Source: an uncultured Pseudomonadota bacterium (GTDB taxonomy: Bacteria; Pseudomonadota; Alphaproteobacteria; UBA9219). From it: DNA of 50,792 bases. Positions 35,126 to 43,176 of this stretch are shown piece by piece. The DNA lies in NCBI GenBank assembly GCA_903875345.1, contig CAIQVS010000332.1:1-50792 (forward strand). The letters are read 5' to 3'. A model generated the notes under the pieces. It saw only the letters and a list, made by a program, of their open reading frames with translations, did not search any database and had not been told where the DNA came from. Positions within the stretch are counted from its first letter, which is position 1. Every line of letters starts with the position of its first letter. A program made the position numbers and the translations under genes.

Positions 35126-36235
35126 TCAAGCCGCGATGTTCAGAATGTCCCCAAGCCGATCAAGCAGATAATCAAGGTCTTCGGAGCCAAAATCCTCAAA
35201 CTGCGTCAGCACGCGTTCCAACACCCTTGCTTGATAGCGTTCGCGGTCATGTTCGCCTCCGTCCATTTCCGTCTCATGCACCACATCAATGGCAACGCGG
35301 ACAGCAGGCAGGAACCGCTGCGGCAAATTGGTTTTGGCGTAAAGGGATTTAAGACCGAGCCTTCCTGCGTCATGGATCAGGATACGGGCGTTAACCACCG
35401 GAATGTTGGCCAAGACCGCCATGGCCATTTCAAAAAAGGCAATATCGCCTATGCATAGCGCACGCAGAATCAACGAAGGCGTCAATCTTTTGCTTTGGTG
35501 CATCTGCGTGACCATTTTTTCCAGTTCGGCTTCGCTGGAGCGACCGGAAAGGCCGATAATCGCGCGCTCGCGGCTTTGCAAAACCAGATTGGCCGCCATC
35601 TTTGGCGACATATCATGGTGACTGACCAGATAATCCTTCAAATTGTCGGACACGATCGCAACCAAGCGCTCCGAAACAGCGACGGGCAAGGTCGGACGTT
35701 GAACGATTTTCTCCTTGACCACATCGCTTTGGGCAAAACGATCAACCGCTTTATTCAGGCTCGCATCGTCGATTTTAGCGCCAACATTACCCATCAGGGT
35801 AGCGACAGCCTTTTCACCGCCTTTGTCGATCAAGGCTTCGGAAACTTTCTCCGACACAGTTGAGCGCGAGGCGATGGCTTGCTGTTTTCCCTCGGCGCCG
35901 CTGTGGACGATCTCAGCCAGATCGTCGTCTGTTAATACGTTGGAGTGTTCGAGGATCGGCAGCGCTACCGTTTCCACGTCCTGCGCCAACTTCAAGGCAA
36001 CGTCGTGGGGAAGCCGCACCGCCTTGCGCAAACTTTCCGCCAGCGACTTACGCACCATGGTTTCGGCGTCTTTGGCCATAATACGAACGATATCTTGCGC
36101 CAATACTAATTCGGACTCTGTTAGACGGGGGCTGTCAAGTTCGACGGCAAGCTTGCCTGCAAGTTCCGAACGAACCTCCGGCGAGGGTTCAGCCAGAAGC
36201 TTTGCAACATCGTTTTGGGATAGTGTTGACGCCAT
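35126..36235 (-). CDS. DUF2336 domain protein
   Basis: LSQNDVAKLLAEPS, VRKSLAESL...LPHDVALKLAQDVETVALPIL, AIASR..VSEKVSEAL, LTPSLILRALCIGD. Confidence 0.9.
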   Translation of the reverse strand: MASTLSQNDVAKLLAEPSPEVRSELAGKLAVELDSPRLTESELVLAQDIVRIMAKDAETMVRKSLAESLRKAVRLPHDVALKLAQDVETVALPILEHSNVLTDDDLAEIVHSGAEGKQQAIASRSTVSEKVSEALIDKGGEKAVATLMGNVGAKIDDASLNKAVDRFAQSDVVKEKIVQRPTLPVAVSERLVAIVSDNLKDYLVSHHDMSPKMAANLVLQSRERAIIGLSGRSSEAELEKMVTQMHQSKRLTPSLILRALCIGDIAFFEMAMAVLANIPVVNARILIHDAGRLGLKSLYAKTNLPQRFLPAVRVAIDVVHETEMDGGEHDRERYQARVLERVLTQFEDFGSEDLDYLLDRLGDILNIAA

Positions 36236-36388
36236 CGTTACAGCCTTTCAATCGGTATGCCGGGACCTTATACACGAGACAATGGCCTCATATGCCCAAC
36301 GATACTCTGTTTCTATAGCATCTATAAAGTGCATGATGCGATCATGTCATAGAAGCCTTGTAGGTTAATTAATAATCCCTCGTTTTTT

Positions 36389-36405
36389 GGTTAGGAAACC
36401 GTTAA
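36389..36405 (-). promoter_or_regulatory. CtrA-box-like site upstream of the DUF2336 gene
   Basis: Minus strand TTAA-CGGTTTC-CTAACC, one mismatch to TTAA-N7-TTAAC. Confidence 0.45.
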
Positions 36406-36442
36406 GAAGACGATGGCCGCGCATTTTTTATCCGCGCCAAGC

Positions 36443-36477
36443 TCCAATTCCCCATCCTCAAACTCCCATACTGAACC
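36443..36477 (+). repeat. Degenerate C-rich heptamer array directly before apt
   Basis: TCCAATT CCCCATC CTCAAAC TCCCATA CTGAACC then ATG. Confidence 0.4.
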
Positions 36478-36996
36478 ATGATTGATCTTAAACAACACAT
36501 TCGCGGCATCCCTGATTTTCCTAAACCCGGCATTCTATTCTATGACATCGGCACTTTGCTTGCGAACGGCCCGGCATGGAAAGACACGATTGCCGAACTG
36601 ACTGAGGCTATTCGTCCACTGAAGCCGGATGCCCTTGTCGGCATCGAGTCGCGTGGATTCCTTGTCGCCGCCCCCTTGGCCGCCGCGCTTGGTATTGGTT
36701 TTGTCATGGTCCGCAAGAAAGGGAAATTGCCCGGCAAGACAATTCCGCATTCCTATGCTCTTGAATACGGCACCGACACAATCGAAATTCAGGAAGGCAT
36801 GCTAAAGCCCAGAGATAATGTCGTCCTTTGTGACGATCTGCTGGCTACGGGAGGAACAGCTATGGCGGCAACTTCGCTGATCCGACGTATCGGCGCCGAA
36901 GTTATCCATGCCGCCTTTATTATCGAGCTTTCCTTCCTCGATGGTCGCCGCAAACTGGGCGTTCCGATCACGAGCCTTGTCTCTTACGCCGAGTAG
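36478..36996 (+). CDS. apt: Adenine phosphoribosyltransferase
   Basis: [41 protein letters not shown]. Confidence 0.97.
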   Translation: MIDLKQHIRGIPDFPKPGILFYDIGTLLANGPAWKDTIAELTEAIRPLKPDALVGIESRGFLVAAPLAAALGIGFVMVRKKGKLPGKTIPHSYALEYGTDTIEIQEGMLKPRDNVVLCDDLLATGGTAMAATSLIRRIGAEVIHAAFIIELSFLDGRRKLGVPITSLVSYAE

Positions 36997-37000
36997 CCGA

Positions 37001-39277
37001 TTATCCTGCCCGCCGCATCTGCGCAACTTCACTGCGGATTTCCTGCATGTGCGCATCAAGCACGCTGAGCGTGGCGACGAGTTCGGCCAGAATATTGGTC
37101 TGCTGCTCTATCTGATGCTGCGCATTATGAAGAGCTTCTGATTCGACGGGTGCGTTTGGTTCCGCATTCAATTCCGCTAAACTGGTTTCAAGCCGCGTGA
37201 CTTCCTGTGAGATAATTTGAGCAAGCCCGGCACGGGTTGCCTCAATTTGCGAGGCCATCTGATACCATTGATTGCGCATTTGTTCGGAAATATCCGAAGT
37301 GTTCACGGCGCTCGTCGGCGTGTTGGCGGACATCTGTTCCCGCATGTGTTCAAGGCTTGACCCGATGACGTCAAACCCGCTTTTGATTTCTTTCATCAAG
37401 GAGCCGACAAAAGCCGGTTCTTGCGAAAGAGCCGCATTATTGTGATGCGTCAGATCGACAATTTGTTCCGTAATGCGCACAACGTAACCTTCAAGCTCGG
37501 CGAAATGTTTCTCCATGTTATCGCCGACGGCTTCCGTGCCTTGCGGTCGGGTGGAAACGACACGCCCTTCCAACTGGTCGCCAAGTTCCTGCATTCGAGT
37601 GGCAAAGCGCCCAATAGCCTCGTCCAGCTTCGCCTGTTCATCGCGCAAACGATCGGACGACGAGGCCAAGGTTTGTGACGCAGTCGTCGTCTGGGTCAAA
37701 AGTCCACAGCTCTGTGTCGTGAGCAGGTCTATCTGCGCTTTTGTCGCTTCGGTCTGTTCCGCGAGAAGAGTTTCCATTTTCGCATGGGTCGATTCAAGCG
37801 CTTCGATAGCATTTTCGATGCGCGGGGCGACGGTGTCGGACAACGCCCCGCTACCGTTGACCGATGTCCCCGTCATTTTGAAATTCTCGATCGCTTCATC
37901 CAGACGGCTTTGGGTTTTTTCCGTCGTTTCGGCCAGAACCCGGCCACTGGCCTGCAGCAGATTGACCGCGCCAAACAAACGTTCGCCCAGATTGTCGGCT
38001 GTCGACGATAGTTTATGAATGGCCTCATCGCCTTGTTCGGCGTTTTTCTTGAGGTTGCGTTCAGTAACAACCAAGGACTGCAGAACATGCGCGACTTGCT
38101 TGCCCGTCAGCTGCGTAATCTCCGACAGGCCACGGGCGCGATCCTGCAGATAGGGGACAATCCGGTTCAGTTGATCGACCGCATGTTCCTGCGCGCTCTT
38201 CAATCCCTCGGCGGAGGCCACTATACTCTGCAAAGATTGCCGCACCTGCTGATCGCCCTGAACGGCGCGGCTTTCGACTTTATGCAACACAGCCTCCACA
38301 CGTTCGGTCAGCAGCGACAATGTTTCCTGCTGTTTCGCGATGGAATCATTCAGGTGGGTGGCTTTTTCATTCAGTTGTTCCGAGTCTCGGCTGACAACTC
38401 GCATCATCGCTTCGAACAGTGAACGCGTGTTGCCTTCAAAACGAAGACGGATCGGACATTCTTCGCTGAGCAAGGTCATGTCCGGCATCTGGCTGAACTG
38501 ATAGCGCGCCATATCAATGGCACGCGCCAACTCGCCAATGCTGTCGTGGCGCTCCATGCCCCAGATGGAGGTGCGCATATCGCCACGCGCCATGTTCTTG
38601 ACGCTTTGCGCCAAAGCGCGAAGCGGCGCGGAATTCCGGTCACGCAGCACAAGATAAATTCCTGCGGCCAGCGCCGCCGCAAGAATCAGGCTGCACCAGC
38701 AGGTCAACGTCAACAACATGCCCCAGAACTGCGCCTGTCCTTCGGCATTGGCGCGTCGCACGTCCCAAGCGGCGTTCACACGGGCATCAAGCAAAGGCAG
38801 GGCGGCGTAAAGCGGCGCGAGGTCAGAAAGCGTGAAAACGGTTGCCGGATCCGTAATCACCTTTTCGGCTTTTTGTAAAACAGCGCCGAAGGTATCAAGG
38901 ATAGCGCGCAGGTCGCGCCGCGAACCCGCAGCCGTTTGTTCGGGAATGCGCGCGAAGGTGGATTCGGCTTCCTTTAACTGTCCCTTCATATCGTCAAGGA
39001 CTGCGGCGTCGTGGGTAGCGGCAAAATTTTGCGCCTGCCCTATGAATCCCCCATAACCGAGCGTGCGGCGAAGCTTGTCTAAACTTTCCTGACCTTCATC
39101 CGGAATCGAAGGGTTCGCTGCCAACGGGATGGTTAAGACGGTTTCGGAACGATCCAATTCGTATTTTAGAAAACCCGCCAGACCAATCATCACCAAGCAG
39201 ACAAAGATCACCAAACCAAGGACAAGACCAGTCCTGCGACTGACATGAGAAACAGGCGGTAGGGAGGTTTGGGTCAT
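37001..39277 (-). CDS. Membrane protein: two TM segments, periplasmic helical domain, HAMP domain and long cytoplasmic coiled coil
   Basis: TM near residues 17-37 and 185-210; HAMP PLRALAQSVKNMARGD...ERHDSIGELARAI; about 480 aa of heptads without kinase or MCP core motifs. Confidence 0.8.
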   Translation of the reverse strand: MTQTSLPPVSHVSRRTGLVLGLVIFVCLVMIGLAGFLKYELDRSETVLTIPLAANPSIPDEGQESLDKLRRTLGYGGFIGQAQNFAATHDAAVLDDMKGQLKEAESTFARIPEQTAAGSRRDLRAILDTFGAVLQKAEKVITDPATVFTLSDLAPLYAALPLLDARVNAAWDVRRANAEGQAQFWGMLLTLTCWCSLILAAALAAGIYLVLRDRNSAPLRALAQSVKNMARGDMRTSIWGMERHDSIGELARAIDMARYQFSQMPDMTLLSEECPIRLRFEGNTRSLFEAMMRVVSRDSEQLNEKATHLNDSIAKQQETLSLLTERVEAVLHKVESRAVQGDQQVRQSLQSIVASAEGLKSAQEHAVDQLNRIVPYLQDRARGLSEITQLTGKQVAHVLQSLVVTERNLKKNAEQGDEAIHKLSSTADNLGERLFGAVNLLQASGRVLAETTEKTQSRLDEAIENFKMTGTSVNGSGALSDTVAPRIENAIEALESTHAKMETLLAEQTEATKAQIDLLTTQSCGLLTQTTTASQTLASSSDRLRDEQAKLDEAIGRFATRMQELGDQLEGRVVSTRPQGTEAVGDNMEKHFAELEGYVVRITEQIVDLTHHNNAALSQEPAFVGSLMKEIKSGFDVIGSSLEHMREQMSANTPTSAVNTSDISEQMRNQWYQMASQIEATRAGLAQIISQEVTRLETSLAELNAEPNAPVESEALHNAQHQIEQQTNILAELVATLSVLDAHMQEIRSEVAQMRRAG

Positions 39278-39393
39278 GAAATCGCTCAGGGCAGGCCGAC
39301 AGGTGGAGCTTTAACGACTTGACCCATTATGGTAAAGATCGATGAAAAATGCAATACATTCAATGAAGTAGAAATAAGTCTTTAGATATCAGT

Positions 39394-40533
39394 TCAATCC
39401 ACGCTTCCCGTCCTTGATATCCGCATGTCACGATGGATCGACAGGCTGAGAAGAACTCCACAGCCGACAAGGAGCGTCATCATCGCTGTACCGCCATAGG
39501 AGACCAAGGGCAGAGGGATACCGACGACCGGAATGGTACCCGTCACCATAGCCACGTTAACAAAGACATAGAGGAAGAAGGTGACAGTCAACCCAAACGC
39601 CGCCAGCCGCCCGAACTGGCTACGACTTGTCAGAGCAATCATAAAGCCATAGGCGATCAGGAGAAAATACAGCAGAAGCAGAAAAATTGCGCCGAAAAGT
39701 CCAAACTCCTCCGCCAAAACGACGAAAATGAAATCGGTGTGCTTTTCCGGCAGGAACTGGAGCTGGCTTTGCGTTCCTTGCCCAAAGCCTTTGCCGAACA
39801 ATCCTCCAGAGCCAAGCGCAATCTTGGATTGCAGGATATTATAGCCGTGCCCCAGAGGATCGGCAGCGGGATTAAGGAACGTCAGCAACCGCGCCTTTTG
39901 ATAATCATGCAGATGATGCCAAGCAACCGGCAGAATTGCCGCCGCCAGCCCTATAACAATCAGAAATTTCCACCAGCGCACCCCTCCGGCGAAAAACACC
40001 GCCGCGCTCGCCAGCATCAGCAGCGTCGCCGTTCCAAGATTGGGCTGCAGCAGCACGAGCCCAACCGGAACCAGAACCATGGAGACAGGAGCGACCAGCT
40101 TGATGGGTTGGCCGATGTCTTCCAGAGATAAACCATGGAAATATTTAGCCAACGATAGGACGAGGGCAATTTTCATCAGCTCGGATGGTTGCAAGACAAA
40201 AAAACCGAGATTGATCCAGCGCTGCGCCCCCATGCCGATATGCCCCATCACCTCGACGACGACGAGCAGAAACAGCATGATCCCATAGAACGGATAGGCA
40301 ATCCTCCACCAGACACGAATATCAACCACAGCAATCACCAGCATCAGGACGATTCCGATGACGAAGCGGGCCAACTGCGCCCCCGCCCAAGGCTGCCAAT
40401 GCTTGCCCCCGGCGGAATAAAGCAGCGCGATCCCGATCAGCCCGATCGTGACGATCAACGCGACAAGCCCCCAGTTCATCAGACGCAACTTGTCGCCGAG
40501 TCCAAGATGATAAGCGGAGGAGAGACGGGGCAT
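39394..40533 (-). CDS. rodA: Rod shape-determining SEDS protein RodA
   Basis: GMGAQRW, QPSELMK, QPNLGT, GYNILQSKIALGSGG, FLPEKHTDFIF, PVVGIPLPLVSYGG. Confidence 0.96.
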   Translation of the reverse strand: MPRLSSAYHLGLGDKLRLMNWGLVALIVTIGLIGIALLYSAGGKHWQPWAGAQLARFVIGIVLMLVIAVVDIRVWWRIAYPFYGIMLFLLVVVEVMGHIGMGAQRWINLGFFVLQPSELMKIALVLSLAKYFHGLSLEDIGQPIKLVAPVSMVLVPVGLVLLQPNLGTATLLMLASAAVFFAGGVRWWKFLIVIGLAAAILPVAWHHLHDYQKARLLTFLNPAADPLGHGYNILQSKIALGSGGLFGKGFGQGTQSQLQFLPEKHTDFIFVVLAEEFGLFGAIFLLLLYFLLIAYGFMIALTSRSQFGRLAAFGLTVTFFLYVFVNVAMVTGTIPVVGIPLPLVSYGGTAMMTLLVGCGVLLSLSIHRDMRISRTGSVD

Positions 40534-40538
40534 GGAAC

Positions 40539-40682
40539 GGCTAGAAGTTAGGGGTTGGGGATTGGAGAAAAAGGTTGCGATAGATTGTAACGTATCGCAA
40601 GACATCATGCTATCAACTTGAATTTCCAGCCTCTAACCTCTAACCTCCAGCTCTAACCTCCAACCCCTAACCCCCGACTCCC
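40539..40682. repeat. Inverted pair of heptamer arrays in the divergent rodA/purQ intergenic region
   Basis: GGCTAGA AGTTAGG GGTTGGG GATTGGA (40539-40566) and TCCAGCC TCTAACC TCTAACC TCCAGC TCTAACC TCCAACC CCTAACC CCCGACT (40625-40679). Confidence 0.85.
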
Positions 40683-41348
40683 ATGCGCGCTGCCATTATC
40701 GTTTTTCCGGGTTCCAACCGCGAGCATGACGCCGCTCGCGCGCTTAGCCGTGCAATGGGCAAGGAACCGGATTTTGTTTGGCATAATGACAGCGAAATGC
40801 CAAAAACCGACTTGATCCTGCTGCCCGGCGGTTTTTCTTACGGCGATTATCTGCGCACCGGCGCGATGGCGGCGCATTCGCCGATCATGCGCGAGGTCAT
40901 CGACCGCGCCAAAAAAGGCGTGCGCGTCTGGGGCATTTGCAACGGCTTCCAAATTTTGTGTGAAACCGGCTTGCTCCCCGGCATCCTGTTGCGCAACGCC
41001 AGCCTGAAATTCGTCTGCCGCACCGTGACGTTGAGCGTCGAACAAACGGACAGCGATTTCACGCGTCTGTGCCAGCGCGGGCAGGAATTGCGCGTTCCGG
41101 TTGCGCATGGCGACGGAAATTATTTCGCCTCCGCCGACATGCTAAAGGAACTTGAGGATTACGGCCAGATCGCTTTCCGTTATCGTGATAACCCCAATGG
41201 CTCGATCCGAGACATCGCCGGAGTCTTCAACAAAACCCGCAACGTCCTCGGGCACATGCCGCATCCCGAAGACGCCATCGAACCCCTACACGGCAGCGCG
41301 GACGGCGCAGTTTTGTTTGAGAGTATTGCCAAGGCGTTGGCGGCGTAA
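40683..41348 (+). CDS. purQ: FGAM synthase glutaminase subunit
   Basis: FPGSN, PGGFSYGDYLR, GICNGFQ, AHGDGNY, NPNGS, MPHPE. Confidence 0.97.
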   Translation: MRAAIIVFPGSNREHDAARALSRAMGKEPDFVWHNDSEMPKTDLILLPGGFSYGDYLRTGAMAAHSPIMREVIDRAKKGVRVWGICNGFQILCETGLLPGILLRNASLKFVCRTVTLSVEQTDSDFTRLCQRGQELRVPVAHGDGNYFASADMLKELEDYGQIAFRYRDNPNGSIRDIAGVFNKTRNVLGHMPHPEDAIEPLHGSADGAVLFESIAKALAA

Positions 41349-42314
41349 TCACATCCCCGCAAATAAATCCGTCGAGAGATAACGTTCGGCGAACGACGCC
41401 AAAATGACGACGATTACCTTGCCTTTCATCTCTGGCCGTGCGGCGATTTTCAAGGCCGCCGCGACCGTCGCGCCTGATGAAATGCCGCCCGGAATCCCCT
41501 CCATCTGCGCCAGTTTGCGCGCCGTGGTCAAGGCCGCGTCGTTGCTGACGGTAACGACCTCGTCGATCATTTTGACGTTCAAAACTTCGGGTATGAAACC
41601 GGGACCGATGCCCTGAATCTTGTGCGGCTTATGCGTACCGCCTGATAATAACGCGCTATCCTCCGGCTCAACCGCGACCACGCGCAGTCCGGGCTTTCGG
41701 GCTTTCAACTCCGTTCCCGCGCCTTGCAACGTACCGCCTGTACCCGCTCCGGCGACGAACACATCGACCGCGCCCTTGGTATCGTTCCAGATTTCCTCCG
41801 CCGTCGTGACGCGGTGGATGGCCGGATTGGCCGGGTTCTTGAACTGCTGCAACATCAGCGCCTTCGGCAGGCTGGCGACGATTTCCTCGGCGCGCGCGAT
41901 CGCGCCCTTCATGCCCTGCGCCGCCGGAGTCAACTCCAGCTCCGCCCCCAGAAGCTTCAGCATCTTGCGCCGCTCCATCGACATGCTTTCAGGCATCGTG
42001 ATGATCAGGCGATAGCCCCGCGCCGCCGCGACGAACGCAAGGCCGATGCCGGTGTTGCCCGATGTCGGTTCGACCAGCACCGTGTCCTTGGTCAGGCGAC
42101 CGCTGATCTCCGCGTCCTCGATCATGCCGAGCGCAAGGCGGTCTTTCACCGATGCCAACGGATTAAAGAATTCCAGCTTGGCGTAAACCGTGGCGACGCA
42201 TCCGGCCTCCTTGGCAATCGCATTCAACCGCACCAGCGGCGTATCGCCGACCGTGTCGACAATGCTGTCATAGGTGCGACCCCGACCTTGAGTGTGAAAG
42301 CGGGTGATGGGCAT
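41349..42314 (-). CDS. cysK: Cysteine synthase A
   Basis: KLEFFNPLASVKDR, EPTSGNTG, QQFKNPAN, GTGGT, HKIQGIG, GISSGA, ERYLST. Confidence 0.96.
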   Translation of the reverse strand: MPITRFHTQGRGRTYDSIVDTVGDTPLVRLNAIAKEAGCVATVYAKLEFFNPLASVKDRLALGMIEDAEISGRLTKDTVLVEPTSGNTGIGLAFVAAARGYRLIITMPESMSMERRKMLKLLGAELELTPAAQGMKGAIARAEEIVASLPKALMLQQFKNPANPAIHRVTTAEEIWNDTKGAVDVFVAGAGTGGTLQGAGTELKARKPGLRVVAVEPEDSALLSGGTHKPHKIQGIGPGFIPEVLNVKMIDEVVTVSNDAALTTARKLAQMEGIPGGISSGATVAAALKIAARPEMKGKVIVVILASFAERYLSTDLFAGM

Positions 42315-42395
42315 AATTGTCCTCGCAAGAAAGCATTACGTTAGCGGCGTCAAATTACCATTTTTCCCACCGGAAGAATAGGGTATGTTCGCGCC

Positions 42396-43001
42396 ATGAA
42401 ACAGCCGATGCTTTACATGATCGCCGGACCCAACGGGGCGGGAAAAACCACCGCCGCAATGGAATTGCTGCCTCGTTTTCTGTCAATCCACGAATTCGTC
42501 AATGCCGATGAGATTGCGCGCGGTCTTAATCCCCTCGATCCGTCCGGACAGAATGTTGCGGCGGGACGGCTTATGTTAAATCGCATCGATGACTTAATTG
42601 TTTCTGGTAAAAATTTCGCGTTTGAGACGACCGGCGCAAGCCGCGCGTTTGCCGAAAAAATGAAGAACGCCAAGAATGCGGGTTATCGGCTGGGGCTTCT
42701 TTATCTGTGGTTGCCCAGCGCCGAGTTCGCCAAGCATCGTGTGCGTTTGCGCGTCAGACAGGGTGGGCATTCGATTCCCGATCATGACATTGAACGACGT
42801 TTTGGACGCAGCCTATGCAATCTGATACATCTCTATCTGCCCCTGGTTGATGAGGCGAATATATATGACAGCTCATCATCAGGCATGAATACCTACAAGC
42901 TGATTGCCGGAAAAATTGGAGCAAACTGGGCTGTAATCCAATCTGCTCTTTGGACGACCATCGAACAAGCAGCCGGGGAGTCTGCCCTTGACAAACATTA
43001 G
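42396..43001 (+). CDS. Zeta-toxin-like P-loop kinase/ATPase (COG4185-type)
   Basis: IAGPNGAGKTT, FVNADEIA, AAGR, FAFETT, RVRLRVRQGGHSIP, IYD. Confidence 0.88.
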   Translation: MKQPMLYMIAGPNGAGKTTAAMELLPRFLSIHEFVNADEIARGLNPLDPSGQNVAAGRLMLNRIDDLIVSGKNFAFETTGASRAFAEKMKNAKNAGYRLGLLYLWLPSAEFAKHRVRLRVRQGGHSIPDHDIERRFGRSLCNLIHLYLPLVDEANIYDSSSSGMNTYKLIAGKIGANWAVIQSALWTTIEQAAGESALDKH

Positions 43002-43176
43002 CGATGTTATTTTACCACAGCTTGCCAAAGGCGTTCACGCGGGTACTCTGGCCGCAATCAAGAAAGCGCGGATGACCGGAACCAATTTAGTCATCTGGCG
43101 CGACGGACAAACCGTCGAGATTACGCCGGATGAAGCCGAAGCGATGTTGTTGAAAGAGGAAAAAGACAGCCCATGA
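42988..43176 (+). CDS. Small partner protein of the zeta-like ATPase (putative antitoxin)
   Basis: 62 aa, TTG after GGGGAG, overlaps the upstream stop; A...G..LVIWRDGQTVEI pattern typical of genes following this ATPase family. Confidence 0.7.
   Translation: MTNISDVILPQLAKGVHAGTLAAIKKARMTGTNLVIWRDGQTVEITPDEAEAMLLKEEKDSP

Noticed and set aside
40539-40682. CRISPR array or telomere-like repeat
   Set aside because: Units are 7 nt, degenerate and lack unique spacers; no cas genes are present. Treated as a heptamer simple-repeat family instead.
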